This document shows, piece after piece, positions 1-8,731 of a DNA stretch of 58,610 nucleotides (within the stretch, counting starts at the first letter, position 1; each line of letters begins with the position of its first letter). Made by a program: the position numbers and the translations under genes. The notes beneath the pieces were generated by a model that was not told where the DNA came from, did no database searches, and was given only the letters and a program-made list of their open reading frames with translations. The DNA is from a virus (taxonomy: Duplodnaviria > Caudoviricetes), in IMG/VR virus record IMGVR_UViG_3300031716_000009, positions 1 through 58,610 of that record. One strand, given 5' to 3'.

Positions 1-127
1 ACCAATTGCACGGGCCTGCCGGTGTCCACCGGCATCTCGGGCCTGGGCACGGGTGCCGCGACGTTCTTGGCCACGCCCACGAGTGCGAACCTGGCGGCGA
101 TGCTGACCGACGAGACCGGCACGGGCG
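1..127. repeat. Terminal direct repeat (left copy), identical to 58484-58610; probable assembly overlap of a circular contig
   Basis: 127-nt exact match to the window end; the reading frame continues across the junction. Confidence 0.95.
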
Positions 128-525
128 CCAACGTGTTCGCCGCCTCGCCGGCGCTCACCGGCACGCCGACGATCAATGGCACGGCCGCGGCGATCGTCAA
201 CACGATCTCGACGCAGAGCGCCGCCTACACGTTCGTGCTGGCCGATGGCAACACGACGATCATGCACCCGAGCGCTGACACGACGGCGCGGACGTGGACG
301 ATCCCGGCCAATTCGAGCGTCGCATACCCGGTCGGCACGATCCTGCACATCAAGAACCAACTGTCCGCAGGCGTGCTGACGATCGCCATCACGACCGACA
401 CGCTCACCTGGGCGCGCGCGGCGGGCGGCACGGGTTCGCGGACGCTGGCCGCGGGTGGCGAGGCGTCGATCATGAAGGTCGACTCCACACACTGGGAAAT
501 CGTCGGTTCGCCGGAGCTCACCTGA
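1..525 (+). CDS. 3' part of a fibre-like virion protein that starts at 56498 and crosses the junction (836 aa total)
   Basis: Frame 1 reads [11 protein letters not shown]..., in frame with ATG 56498 (1986 nt to the junction); C-terminal beta-rich domain TWTIPANSSVAYPVGT...IMKVDSTHWEIVG. Confidence 0.85.
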   Translation, partial: TNCTGLPVSTGISGLGTGAATFLATPTSANLAAMLTDETGTGANVFAASPALTGTPTINGTAAAIVNTISTQSAAYTFVLADGNTTIMHPSADTTARTWTIPANSSVAYPVGTILHIKNQLSAGVLTIAITTDTLTWARAAGGTGSRTLAAGGEASIMKVDSTHWEIVGSPELT

Positions 526-526
526 C

Positions 527-1249
527 ATGGCAAACGCACTCTTGCTCCGGCGCCGGCTTCTGATCGCCATGGGCGTGGCGGCGGCCGCGCCCGTCGTCTC
601 TCTCGTCTACGCTGCGCAATCGGTAGGTGGTGCGTACACCACGGAATCCGGCTCGGCGACCTTCAGCCTGTCGGGTGGTGAGACGATCGCCGTCTACTTC
701 ACCGGACTGGGCAATGCCGATCTCGGGGATCCGACGATCAGCGGCATGACGCTGGCCAAGCAGACGGGCGCGTTCAATGCATGGACGTCGAGCGGCAACG
801 CCTACGGCGGTTGGTACGCCGTGGCCAACGCCAGTTCGGGTTCGCACACGATCACGCCGCCGACAATCGCCGGCGGTCAGGACGGGCTGATCCGTGTCCT
901 GAAGATCACGAACATGACCGCAACGTTGACCGTGCGCACAACGGGCAAGACGGCGCAGACCAGCTCGTCGACGACGATTAGCGTCACCACGCTGGCCAAC
1001 GTGAACGCGGGCGATGTGATGCTGGGCGGTCGGCAGCACGAGAACAACGTGGGCTCCACCAGCACGATCACGCAGCCGTCGGGGTGGACCAGCCTGATCC
1101 AGTACTTGAACGGCAGCGTGAACCTGCCTACCGACGTCTCCTACAAGATCGCAACTTCTGGTGGCAGTACGGTCACTGCGACGTGGACCAGCAGTGATGG
1201 ATCGATCCACGATACCGAGGCAGCCGTGCTCGTGCTGTCGCCGACATGA
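527..1249 (+). CDS. Thr/Ser/Gly-rich virion accessory or receptor-binding protein
   Basis: 240-aa ORF tightly packed with neighbours; short hydrophobic N-terminus, beta-rich composition. Confidence 0.7.
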   Translation: MANALLLRRRLLIAMGVAAAAPVVSLVYAAQSVGGAYTTESGSATFSLSGGETIAVYFTGLGNADLGDPTISGMTLAKQTGAFNAWTSSGNAYGGWYAVANASSGSHTITPPTIAGGQDGLIRVLKITNMTATLTVRTTGKTAQTSSSTTISVTTLANVNAGDVMLGGRQHENNVGSTSTITQPSGWTSLIQYLNGSVNLPTDVSYKIATSGGSTVTATWTSSDGSIHDTEAAVLVLSPT

Positions 1250-3126
1250 TGCTCACCAACATCGCGCTGGCGGCCGCGCTGGCCATCGGCCGGCCGGTGC
1301 TGCCACCCGCGGTTACGCCCGGCGCAGCGCCGGTGATCATGTTCACCGACTTCGTCGCCGGCCCGACGACCGGCGGCGACGGCAACAACGGTGCGTTCCT
1401 GTCGATCTACGGCTTCAACCTCGACACCTACTCGAACTGGGGCATCTCGAACCACGTCACCATCGGCGGCGTCGAGGTGGCGAACTACCGCTGCCTGGTC
1501 AGCGCGTGCGGGAGTGGATCGGGCATCGGCCGTGGCGTCTATGACACCTGGGGCCTGCAGTGCCTGACAGTGCAGGTCGGCGCGCTAGGTTCGCCCACCG
1601 CCGGCACGGCGTTGAAGATCGACATGACGATCAACGGTGTCCATCCGCTCAACGCCACCGACGGCAGCGGCAACTATCTCGGCTACGCCGAGGCGATGGA
1701 CGGCACGCGCCCAGCGCTGACGTTCACGCCGCAGCCCGGCCTGATCCAGTACATCGACCGCATCAACGGCAGCGACGCCAACGACGGCTTGACCTCGGCC
1801 AACCCGAAGAAGACCTTGCAGGGCTCGACTGGTTTCACGGGCGTGTTCTTCTGCGCGACTGGCGCCGGCCAGACCAACGGCATGAAGCCCGGCACCCATG
1901 TCTACGACATGGGCGGCACAGCCAACGCGGGCGGCCTGAGCGGCTCGGCGGTCGGCCTGTTTCGCATCAGCGGGACGCTCCCCACCGGCGGCACGAACCG
2001 CGGGCCCATCTGCTACAGCCGGTTCCCCGGTGCGATCGGTGCGAACGCGCCGGCGACCGTCGTCATCCAGGGCGTCATCGACGGCAGCGGCAACGGTGGC
2101 GGCGGGTTCTTCGGCAATGACACGGCACGGGCCGGCGAGACCAACCCCTACGACGGGCTGACCGGTTGGGGCCGCTCGATCCACATCTCCAACGTCAAGA
2201 TCATCTCGTCGGCCAACGGCGCACGCGATGGATGCCCGATCAACCTCGCATCGAGCGCCGACGACTGGCGCATCACCAACTGCGACCTGTCGTGGCCGTG
2301 GATCAGCAGCGCGTCCAACATCACCAACGCCGCGGGCATCGCAGGCAACGGCAAGGGCGTGACGATCCAGGGCAACTACATCCACGACATCCAAGGTGTG
2401 CTCGCCGACAACCAGAACCACGGCATTTACATCGACGGCTCGGTGGTCTGCGCCGACGGGGTGCGTGTGTTCATGAACTGCATCTACCGCATCACCGCAG
2501 GCAACGGGATCCAGACGTTCAACTCGCAGGCCAGTGGCGAGATCCTGAACGTCATGGTGCTGAGCAACTGGGTCGAAAACATGCGCAAGCACGGCCTGAA
2601 CGTCGGCCAGAACACCGGCAGCCGCTACGACGTCAACAACATCGTGATCGACTCGGGTGAGTCCATCTACCACATCGCTGGCGGCACTGTCGCCGGTGCC
2701 AACGCGGTGCGCAGCGCCAACAACGTGGGCTACGGGTTCGCGCAGGTCGTGGGCACGCGTGCGGCATGGTGGAACGAAGGCGGCAACCCCGGCGGGTCGA
2801 CCGATCATCGCAACAACATCTACACGCAGAAGACCGGGACCGCGGCGGGCTATTCGTTCGTCGTGGCCGACGTCGGCCCAGACAACTTCTCCAACAACAT
2901 CTTCTACGACTACGCCGGCCACCTGGCCAGCGTCTCGGCTACCTACGGCACCTACCACGACCCGCAGCTGACCAGTGTCAGCACGCACGATTTCACGCCA
3001 GCTGCCGGCTCGTTTGCCATCGACTTCGGCACGTCGCCGCTCGTGGCGCGCGCCTTCGATTTCTTCGCTCACGCGGTCAGCGGAACGCCGGACGCCGGCG
3101 CCATCGAACGCGGCGCATCGTACTGA
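1246..3126 (+). CDS. Right-handed beta-helix (pectin-lyase-like) spike/depolymerase
   Basis: Asn-ladder repeats (TIQGNYIHD, HGIYIDG, NGIQTF, NNIVID) and a YID.NGSDANDG.T.PKKT motif; ATGA overlap. Confidence 0.75.
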   Translation: MMLTNIALAAALAIGRPVLPPAVTPGAAPVIMFTDFVAGPTTGGDGNNGAFLSIYGFNLDTYSNWGISNHVTIGGVEVANYRCLVSACGSGSGIGRGVYDTWGLQCLTVQVGALGSPTAGTALKIDMTINGVHPLNATDGSGNYLGYAEAMDGTRPALTFTPQPGLIQYIDRINGSDANDGLTSANPKKTLQGSTGFTGVFFCATGAGQTNGMKPGTHVYDMGGTANAGGLSGSAVGLFRISGTLPTGGTNRGPICYSRFPGAIGANAPATVVIQGVIDGSGNGGGGFFGNDTARAGETNPYDGLTGWGRSIHISNVKIISSANGARDGCPINLASSADDWRITNCDLSWPWISSASNITNAAGIAGNGKGVTIQGNYIHDIQGVLADNQNHGIYIDGSVVCADGVRVFMNCIYRITAGNGIQTFNSQASGEILNVMVLSNWVENMRKHGLNVGQNTGSRYDVNNIVIDSGESIYHIAGGTVAGANAVRSANNVGYGFAQVVGTRAAWWNEGGNPGGSTDHRNNIYTQKTGTAAGYSFVVADVGPDNFSNNIFYDYAGHLASVSATYGTYHDPQLTSVSTHDFTPAAGSFAIDFGTSPLVARAFDFFAHAVSGTPDAGAIERGASY

Positions 3127-3133
3127 GGGAGCC

Positions 3134-5035
3134 ATGCTCTCGGTCCTCAACTTCGCCTGCAATCGCATCGTCGGCGCGATCCAGACGCCCGCCGTGGCGC
3201 TGCTGGCCGTCATCCTGGCCAACCCGGTCATCGGTCAGCCACTGAGCTACGTCGTCCAGGGCGGTACGCCTGCCGGCATCACGAGCCAGCAGTGGTATCG
3301 CAACACTGGCAGCGGGCCCGTACTGATCCCGGGCGCGACGGACGTCACCTACACGCCCACCAAGACCAGTCCGATCAGCGGCAGCGACGTCGGGGCGTGG
3401 TTCAGCGTGCGCGGCGCCGGTCCAGGTTTCACCTTCACCAGCCAGGAGTTCGCGACAACCGGTCAGGTCCTCGCGCCAGCGGCGCTGAGTTCCACCGCTT
3501 CACCGCAGAGCGGCACGAACTACATCGCCACCGTCGCCACAACGGTGACTTTCACGTCCGTAGTATCCGTGCGCATGACGGGCACCGGCACGACGAACTA
3601 TTTCGAGACGATCGTGGCGCCCGGTACCTATCCCGGTGGCACCACGACCTTCGGCGATCCGGCGCAGATCGTGGCTGGCGGCACGCAGTTCAACTGCAAC
3701 CTCTACTCGCACTTGTCGCTGTGCCCGCCGCCGTGCATCGACCAGGTCGTCGACTCGACGCCGGCGACGACCACGCGCCCGGCTGCGAGCACGGGTGTGG
3801 GCTTTTTCAACAAGGGCGGCGAGCTTTACGATGCCAATGGCACCAAGTGCCGCTTGCGTGGTCTGAACCGCTTGCACTACGACGCCAACCCGCCGACCTC
3901 GAGCACGGGGCTATTCAACGCCAAGGCCAACGTGCACCGGTTGAACATGTACTTCCATCGCGACTGGGCGACCATCAACAAGCCGTTGATGGACGACATG
4001 ATCGCGACGAACCACAAGACGATCCCGATGCCGGCGATCTGGTATGTCAACGCCGTCTTCACGGGCACGGTCAGCGGCACCACGCTGACCGTCACGGCGA
4101 TGACCTCGGGCACAATCTGCGTCAGTGGCGTGCGAAGCAGCAGCGTGTCGACGACGTTCGCATCGGGTTCTGGCGTCTCTACGACGGAACTCATCGCGCA
4201 ACAGCTCACGAACACGAACACGAACGGGATACCGGGCAAAGAAGGCACGTATCGCCTGCTCGGGTCGTACACGATTTCGACGCCGACCTCGTTCAACTAC
4301 ACGAACTCACCCACCGGTCTGCAGAACGCCGAGTCGATGATCGCCGCGGCGCAGCTCTGGTGCGACAACTACTCGAACTTCGCACCCTACGAGCGGTGGA
4401 TGATTCTGAACATCGCCAACGAGTGGGGGCCGGTAGGCAGCGGTGCCAGCACCGTCTGGCGCGACACGGCGATCACCTGCATCAGCATGCTGCGCGCAGC
4501 AGGCTACAAGTGTCCGATCGTCGTCGATGCGCCGGGCAATGGCCAGGACGGCGCCACGGGTGGCCGCGCGTGGACGCTGCTCAATCACGGCGCCGCCGTG
4601 GCGGCGTCCGACTCGCAGGCCAACACGATGCTGTCGCTGCACTGCTACGGCGTCTACCAGGCGGGCGCGCTGGCCGCCGTCGCCGCGTCGCTGCGCACTT
4701 TCGCCACGACCAACGGCGTCACGGTGATCATCGGCGAGTTCGGCCCGGCGAACCAGAACATCGCTCCGGGCAGCGTCACCACGGCGCAGACGCTCGAGAC
4801 GCTGGCGGTTGCCGAGGCGTGTCAGCTCGGTCACATCTGGTGGGCCTGGGATGATCCGGCCAGCGCCACGAGCGGGGCCTACACCTACAGCAGCTACGCT
4901 GCCTGCATCCAGGCCGGCTCGGACGGTTTCAACACGAGCGACCCAGCGCAGCTGACCTACTCGGGCAACCAGATCGTGCTCGATCCGGTCTACGGCTTGG
5001 TCAACGCCGCGGTTCCTGCGACCGTATTCCCATAG
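3134..5035 (+). CDS. Virion protein with C-terminal GH5-like (mannanase/cellulase-type) glycoside hydrolase domain
   Basis: RLRGLN, ILNIANEWG (acid/base Glu), IVVDAP, SLHCY, IIGEFG (nucleophile Glu), WWAW; SD GAGGGAG before ATG 3134. Confidence 0.8.
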   Translation: MLSVLNFACNRIVGAIQTPAVALLAVILANPVIGQPLSYVVQGGTPAGITSQQWYRNTGSGPVLIPGATDVTYTPTKTSPISGSDVGAWFSVRGAGPGFTFTSQEFATTGQVLAPAALSSTASPQSGTNYIATVATTVTFTSVVSVRMTGTGTTNYFETIVAPGTYPGGTTTFGDPAQIVAGGTQFNCNLYSHLSLCPPPCIDQVVDSTPATTTRPAASTGVGFFNKGGELYDANGTKCRLRGLNRLHYDANPPTSSTGLFNAKANVHRLNMYFHRDWATINKPLMDDMIATNHKTIPMPAIWYVNAVFTGTVSGTTLTVTAMTSGTICVSGVRSSSVSTTFASGSGVSTTELIAQQLTNTNTNGIPGKEGTYRLLGSYTISTPTSFNYTNSPTGLQNAESMIAAAQLWCDNYSNFAPYERWMILNIANEWGPVGSGASTVWRDTAITCISMLRAAGYKCPIVVDAPGNGQDGATGGRAWTLLNHGAAVAASDSQANTMLSLHCYGVYQAGALAAVAASLRTFATTNGVTVIIGEFGPANQNIAPGSVTTAQTLETLAVAEACQLGHIWWAWDDPASATSGAYTYSSYAACIQAGSDGFNTSDPAQLTYSGNQIVLDPVYGLVNAAVPATVFP

Positions 5036-5047
5036 TCGAGATTCCCG

Positions 5048-5061
5048 GCTACACTGCGCGG
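5048..5061 (+). promoter_or_regulatory. Putative late promoter -10 element GCTACACTGCGCGG (leaderless start likely)
   Basis: Identical 14-mer at 54205-54218; TACACT lies 8 nt before ATG 5064, no SD. Confidence 0.5.
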
Positions 5062-5063
5062 CA

Positions 5064-5321
5064 ATGCAGCTGAAGTCCGACGAGCTCCAATTCCTGGCCC
5101 GGTTGTCCCGGACGCCCGATGGAGCCACCCTCTTGAAGCTGCTGCGAGCCAAGTTGGCCGAGGCCGACGGGGAACTGCGCAAGGCCCAGGGCGAGAACGT
5201 CTATCGAGCCCAGGGACACGCGCAGGAGCTGGACGAGCTCATCTCCCTGATCGTCGACGCCGAGCAACAGCTCAAACGCATCGAGGCATCGCGCCCGCGA
5301 CTCCCCTCGTATGCGCCCTGA
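5064..5321 (+). CDS. Small head-module protein preceding the scaffold
   Basis: 85-aa helical ORF with YRAQG motif, in the position typical of portal-scaffold linker genes. Confidence 0.75.
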   Translation: MQLKSDELQFLARLSRTPDGATLLKLLRAKLAEADGELRKAQGENVYRAQGHAQELDELISLIVDAEQQLKRIEASRPRLPSYAP

Positions 5322-5323
5322 CA

Positions 5324-5388
5324 GGGAACCGCGCTGCGCATCCCGTGCGAACCCCGGTACCGCCCTCGTAGCGGTGAGCCTGGATCGT
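5324..5388 (+). promoter_or_regulatory. Two tandem stem-loops with GA-ACC / A-UC internal loop in the scaffold 5' leader
   Basis: GGGA-ACC-GCG(CTG)CGC-A-TCCC and GCGA-ACC-CCGG...CTGG-A-TCGT directly before the GGAG SD; third copy at 54289. Confidence 0.45.
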
Positions 5389-5398
5389 GGAGATTTGA

Positions 5399-6355
5399 AT
5401 GCCGGCTTCCCAAGCCCGAACTGAAACTCGCCTCCCTCGCGCCGTGATGCGCATCGCTGCCGACGTCCAATCGCGCATCGACGCTCGCAACGCCGCCCGA
5501 ACCGGGGACGTCGATCCCGAAATCCCGCCCGCGCCGACCCCGGTCGCCGCGAGCCCTGCAGAGACACCGCCCGCGCCGACGCCGCCAGCAGACCCTCGCG
5601 AAAGCGATCCGGGCTACTGGAAGCAGCGGTTCAACGTCACCGAAGGGATGCTGCGCCGCGAGCGCACCGACCACCAGGCGGCGATCCGGACGCTGAATCA
5701 GCAGGTTGCCGAATTGCAAGAGTCCAATCGGACGCTGCAAGCCAGCAAACCCGCTGCACCGATCGAACTGTCCGCGTTCTTCACGCCCGATCAGATCGAG
5801 AAGTACGGCGAGGAGCAGTGCCAGGTGATGGCGAACGCGGCGCAAGCCGCAGCGGCCAAGCAGGTCAAGGAACTGCAGGCGGACTTCGATGCGCGGCTCA
5901 AGCCGATCGCCGAAGCCCGCAAGCAAGACCAGGCCGAGGCTGCCGCCGCCGCCACGCGCGAGTTCGAGGACAAGCTCACCGAGCTGGTCCCGACCTGGCG
6001 CGATGTCGATACCGACCAGCACTGGCTCGCATGGCTCGCGCAGCTGGACGATGCGACCGAGGTACCGCGCCAGGAGATCCTGAACCGGCACGTGGCGTAC
6101 AAGAACGTCGCGGCCGTGGGCAAGATGTTCCAGACGTTCCTGAAGCTTCGCACCCCGCCGGCGCCCCCGATGACGCCGCACGGGGGCGCCGCCAGCACGC
6201 CGACGCCTCCCGCGCCGACGCCGCCGGCTGACGCCGCAGGTGTGCCCTCGGACGCCGAGGTCAGGGACTTCTTCAAGCGGGCCGCAATTGGCAAGATCAA
6301 GGACGACGAGCGCGTCAAGTTCGAAGCTCGGATGAAGCTCCGCGGCGGCCGCTAG
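5399..6355 (+). CDS. Capsid scaffolding protein
   Basis: Coiled-coil, Pro-rich linkers, immediately upstream of the major capsid gene. Confidence 0.75.
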   Translation: MPASQARTETRLPRAVMRIAADVQSRIDARNAARTGDVDPEIPPAPTPVAASPAETPPAPTPPADPRESDPGYWKQRFNVTEGMLRRERTDHQAAIRTLNQQVAELQESNRTLQASKPAAPIELSAFFTPDQIEKYGEEQCQVMANAAQAAAAKQVKELQADFDARLKPIAEARKQDQAEAAAAATREFEDKLTELVPTWRDVDTDQHWLAWLAQLDDATEVPRQEILNRHVAYKNVAAVGKMFQTFLKLRTPPAPPMTPHGGAASTPTPPAPTPPADAAGVPSDAEVRDFFKRAAIGKIKDDERVKFEARMKLRGGR

Positions 6356-6393
6356 AGGCCGCCACCACTTTGCAGCTTCACTAGGAGAGCGTC

Positions 6394-7326
6394 ATGACTG
6401 GCGTTGCACGCGCGTCGGGCCTGCCCGACTACGGCCCTTCGGGCACCATCAACTACGACCCCGTCCTGTACTCGGGCAAGCTGGTCGAGAAGTTCTACAA
6501 GTCCACCGTGTTTGGCGAGATCGCCTCGACCGACTACGAAGGCGAGATCTCGGGCTACGGTGCGCAGGTCGTCATCCGCACGATCCCCGACGTCATCGTC
6601 TCGGACTACGTTGTGGGTGCGGGCCTGGGCCAGCAGTACCCGACGTCCAACTCGACCAACCTGACGATCAACCGCGCCAAGTCGTTCGCGGTGGCGCTGA
6701 CCACGGTCGACGCCCGCCAGGCCGACGTCGACATGGCCGACATCTTCGCCAACGACGGCTCGATCCAGCTGCGCATCGCGGCCGACGCCGACGTCCTGAC
6801 GACGATCCCGGCCGAGGTCGCCGCGGCCAACCAGGGCACGCACGCGGGCGCCGACTCGGGCTCGATCAACCTGGGCGATTCCACGACGCCGTTCGTCATC
6901 ACCCCGACCAACGTCACGAACTTCCTCGTGGACTGCGGCACGGTGCTGGACGAGCAGAACGTCCCGGACGAAGGTCGCTGGTTCGTGGCCCCGCCGTGGT
7001 TCATGGGCGCGCTCAAGAAGTCCGACCTGCGCATCGCGTCGCTGTCGGGCGACGGCGTGTCGATCATGCGCAACGGCAAGGTCGGCGAGGTCGATCGCTT
7101 CACGCTGTACCAGTCGCGTAACCTGCTCACGCAGGTCAGCCCGGGCGCGGCGGCCTACTGCATGTTCGGCCACTCGGCCGGCCTGACGTTCGCCGCCCAG
7201 ATCGTCGAGAACGAGATGATCACCAACCCGAACGACTTCGGCTACATCATCCGCGGCCTCATGGTCTACGGCTTCAACGTGATCGACGGCCAGTACGTCG
7301 GTACCGCGGTCGTTCAGCGCGGCTGA
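6394..7326 (+). CDS. Major capsid protein (HK97 fold, podovirus type)
   Basis: 310 aa; DYEGEI, LDEQNVPDEGRWFV, NGKVGEVDRF, RGLMVYG motifs; strong SD and codon bias. Confidence 0.9.
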   Translation: MTGVARASGLPDYGPSGTINYDPVLYSGKLVEKFYKSTVFGEIASTDYEGEISGYGAQVVIRTIPDVIVSDYVVGAGLGQQYPTSNSTNLTINRAKSFAVALTTVDARQADVDMADIFANDGSIQLRIAADADVLTTIPAEVAAANQGTHAGADSGSINLGDSTTPFVITPTNVTNFLVDCGTVLDEQNVPDEGRWFVAPPWFMGALKKSDLRIASLSGDGVSIMRNGKVGEVDRFTLYQSRNLLTQVSPGAAAYCMFGHSAGLTFAAQIVENEMITNPNDFGYIIRGLMVYGFNVIDGQYVGTAVVQRG

Positions 7327-7396
7327 TGGTGACGGGTAGTGCCAAAAGCGCTACCCTTCCCGTGTCCTTCCTCGCAGCTTCACCGGAGATCCCATC

Positions 7397-7615
7397 ATGG
7401 GCACCCTCAGCACCAAGAACCCCTACGTGTCCTCGGACACGTTCAAGACCGACCCCGACATCATCTCGGGCGAGCGTTCCAAGGCCGGCAAGAAGGCCGT
7501 GGCGCGCTACCCCAGCGGCAAGCTCGGCAACCAGCCGGGCGGCGGCGCCGGCGGCAATGCCGGCAAGATGAAGGTGCGCGCGCTGACCCCCGGCACCTCG
7601 CCGACGGGCTCCTGA
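7397..7615 (+). CDS. Small basic Gly-rich virion protein
   Basis: 72 aa, SD GGAGA, highly biased codons, follows MCP. Confidence 0.7.
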   Translation: MGTLSTKNPYVSSDTFKTDPDIISGERSKAGKKAVARYPSGKLGNQPGGGAGGNAGKMKVRALTPGTSPTGS

Positions 7616-7682
7616 GCCGCCCTGCCCCTGACCGGCGCCACGCGGCGCCGGTTCTCCATTCCACGTCAACCGAGGATTCCTC

Positions 7683-8087
7683 ATGGCCGTCAACGAAGAA
7701 GCCCTGTCGCGCAGCATGCAACCCAAGCAGGACAAGAACGTCCCGCTGTGCATCAACATCCACGACGGTCGGCTGATCGCCAACGTCAAGAACGTGCGCG
7801 ACAACCTGAACTACCGTCCGTACCGGGGCAACCCCAAGGCGTCGCTCGAGGAACGGATGGCCTACATCTCCTCGTCGCTGACCACGGGCGGCCGTGCGCG
7901 CGTGATCAACACCGCAGACGAGGATCAGGAAGTCTTCGACCTGGCCAAGGCCACCAAGCCGGACCTGATCGCCTTCGCGCTCAAGGAGTTCAACACCCCG
8001 CTGTCGGAGGCCTCCGACATCCGCACCCTGCGCAAGCAGGTGCAGTCGCTGGCCGAGCGCGCCGCGGCGGACAACCTGAGCGGCTGA
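7683..8087 (+). CDS. Hypothetical head-associated protein
   Basis: 134 aa, SD GAGGA; ends ADNLSG. Confidence 0.7.
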   Translation: MAVNEEALSRSMQPKQDKNVPLCINIHDGRLIANVKNVRDNLNYRPYRGNPKASLEERMAYISSSLTTGGRARVINTADEDQEVFDLAKATKPDLIAFALKEFNTPLSEASDIRTLRKQVQSLAERAAADNLSG

Positions 8088-8088
8088 C

Positions 8089-8730
8089 ATGACCATCACG
8101 GCGGGCGACATCACCGGGCCGGCGCGCAAGCTGCTGCTGGACGTCGCCGCCGTCACGTGGCCAGCCAGCGAACTGCACGACTACCTCAACGAGGGCATCC
8201 GCGCGACCTGCCTCATCAAGCCGGACGTCTACACCACGCAGGCGCCGTTGACGCTGATCACCGGCATCGAACAGCAGCTGCCGTCCGACTCCACCGGCCT
8301 GGTCAGCATCATCCGCAACACAGCCTCCAAGTCGACCATCACGCAGGTCGACACCGAGCTGCTGGTGGAGGCCAACCGCTTCTACCCCGCCGGCACGACC
8401 AGCGTCGACGTCGAGCACTTCACGTTCGATCCGCGCCAGCCGCGGCGCTTCCTGGTCTACCCGCCGGCCACCAACACGTCCTCGGTGATCGCGGTCTACG
8501 GCATCACGCCGGCCGAGATCGCCGCTGACAGCGACGACTTTCCGCTGCCCGAGGCGTACCAGGCACCGCTGATCGACTACGTGCTCGCGCGCGCCTACGG
8601 CAAGAACAGCAAGAAGCAAGATCTGACGAAGGAAACCTACCACATGCAGGCGTGGGGCAAGGCGCTGGGCATGAAGGCGAGCGCGCAAGTCACGTTGTCG
8701 CCGCGCGTCTCGCAGAGCCCGGGGGAGTGA
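8089..8730 (+). CDS. Head-to-tail adaptor (DUF6682-like)
   Basis: W..SELHDYLNEG, FLVYPP, LIDYVLARAY.K motifs; synteny. Confidence 0.75.
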   Translation: MTITAGDITGPARKLLLDVAAVTWPASELHDYLNEGIRATCLIKPDVYTTQAPLTLITGIEQQLPSDSTGLVSIIRNTASKSTITQVDTELLVEANRFYPAGTTSVDVEHFTFDPRQPRRFLVYPPATNTSSVIAVYGITPAEIAADSDDFPLPEAYQAPLIDYVLARAYGKNSKKQDLTKETYHMQAWGKALGMKASAQVTLSPRVSQSPGE

Positions 8731-8731
8731 G

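Noticed and set aside
1585-3231. Long antisense and alternative-frame ORFs (also 15069-16784, 33346-35199, 52485-54359 and others)
   Set aside because: Shadow ORFs expected from high GC3 codon bias; Arg/Ala-rich with no motifs. Only the o-spanin overlap is supported
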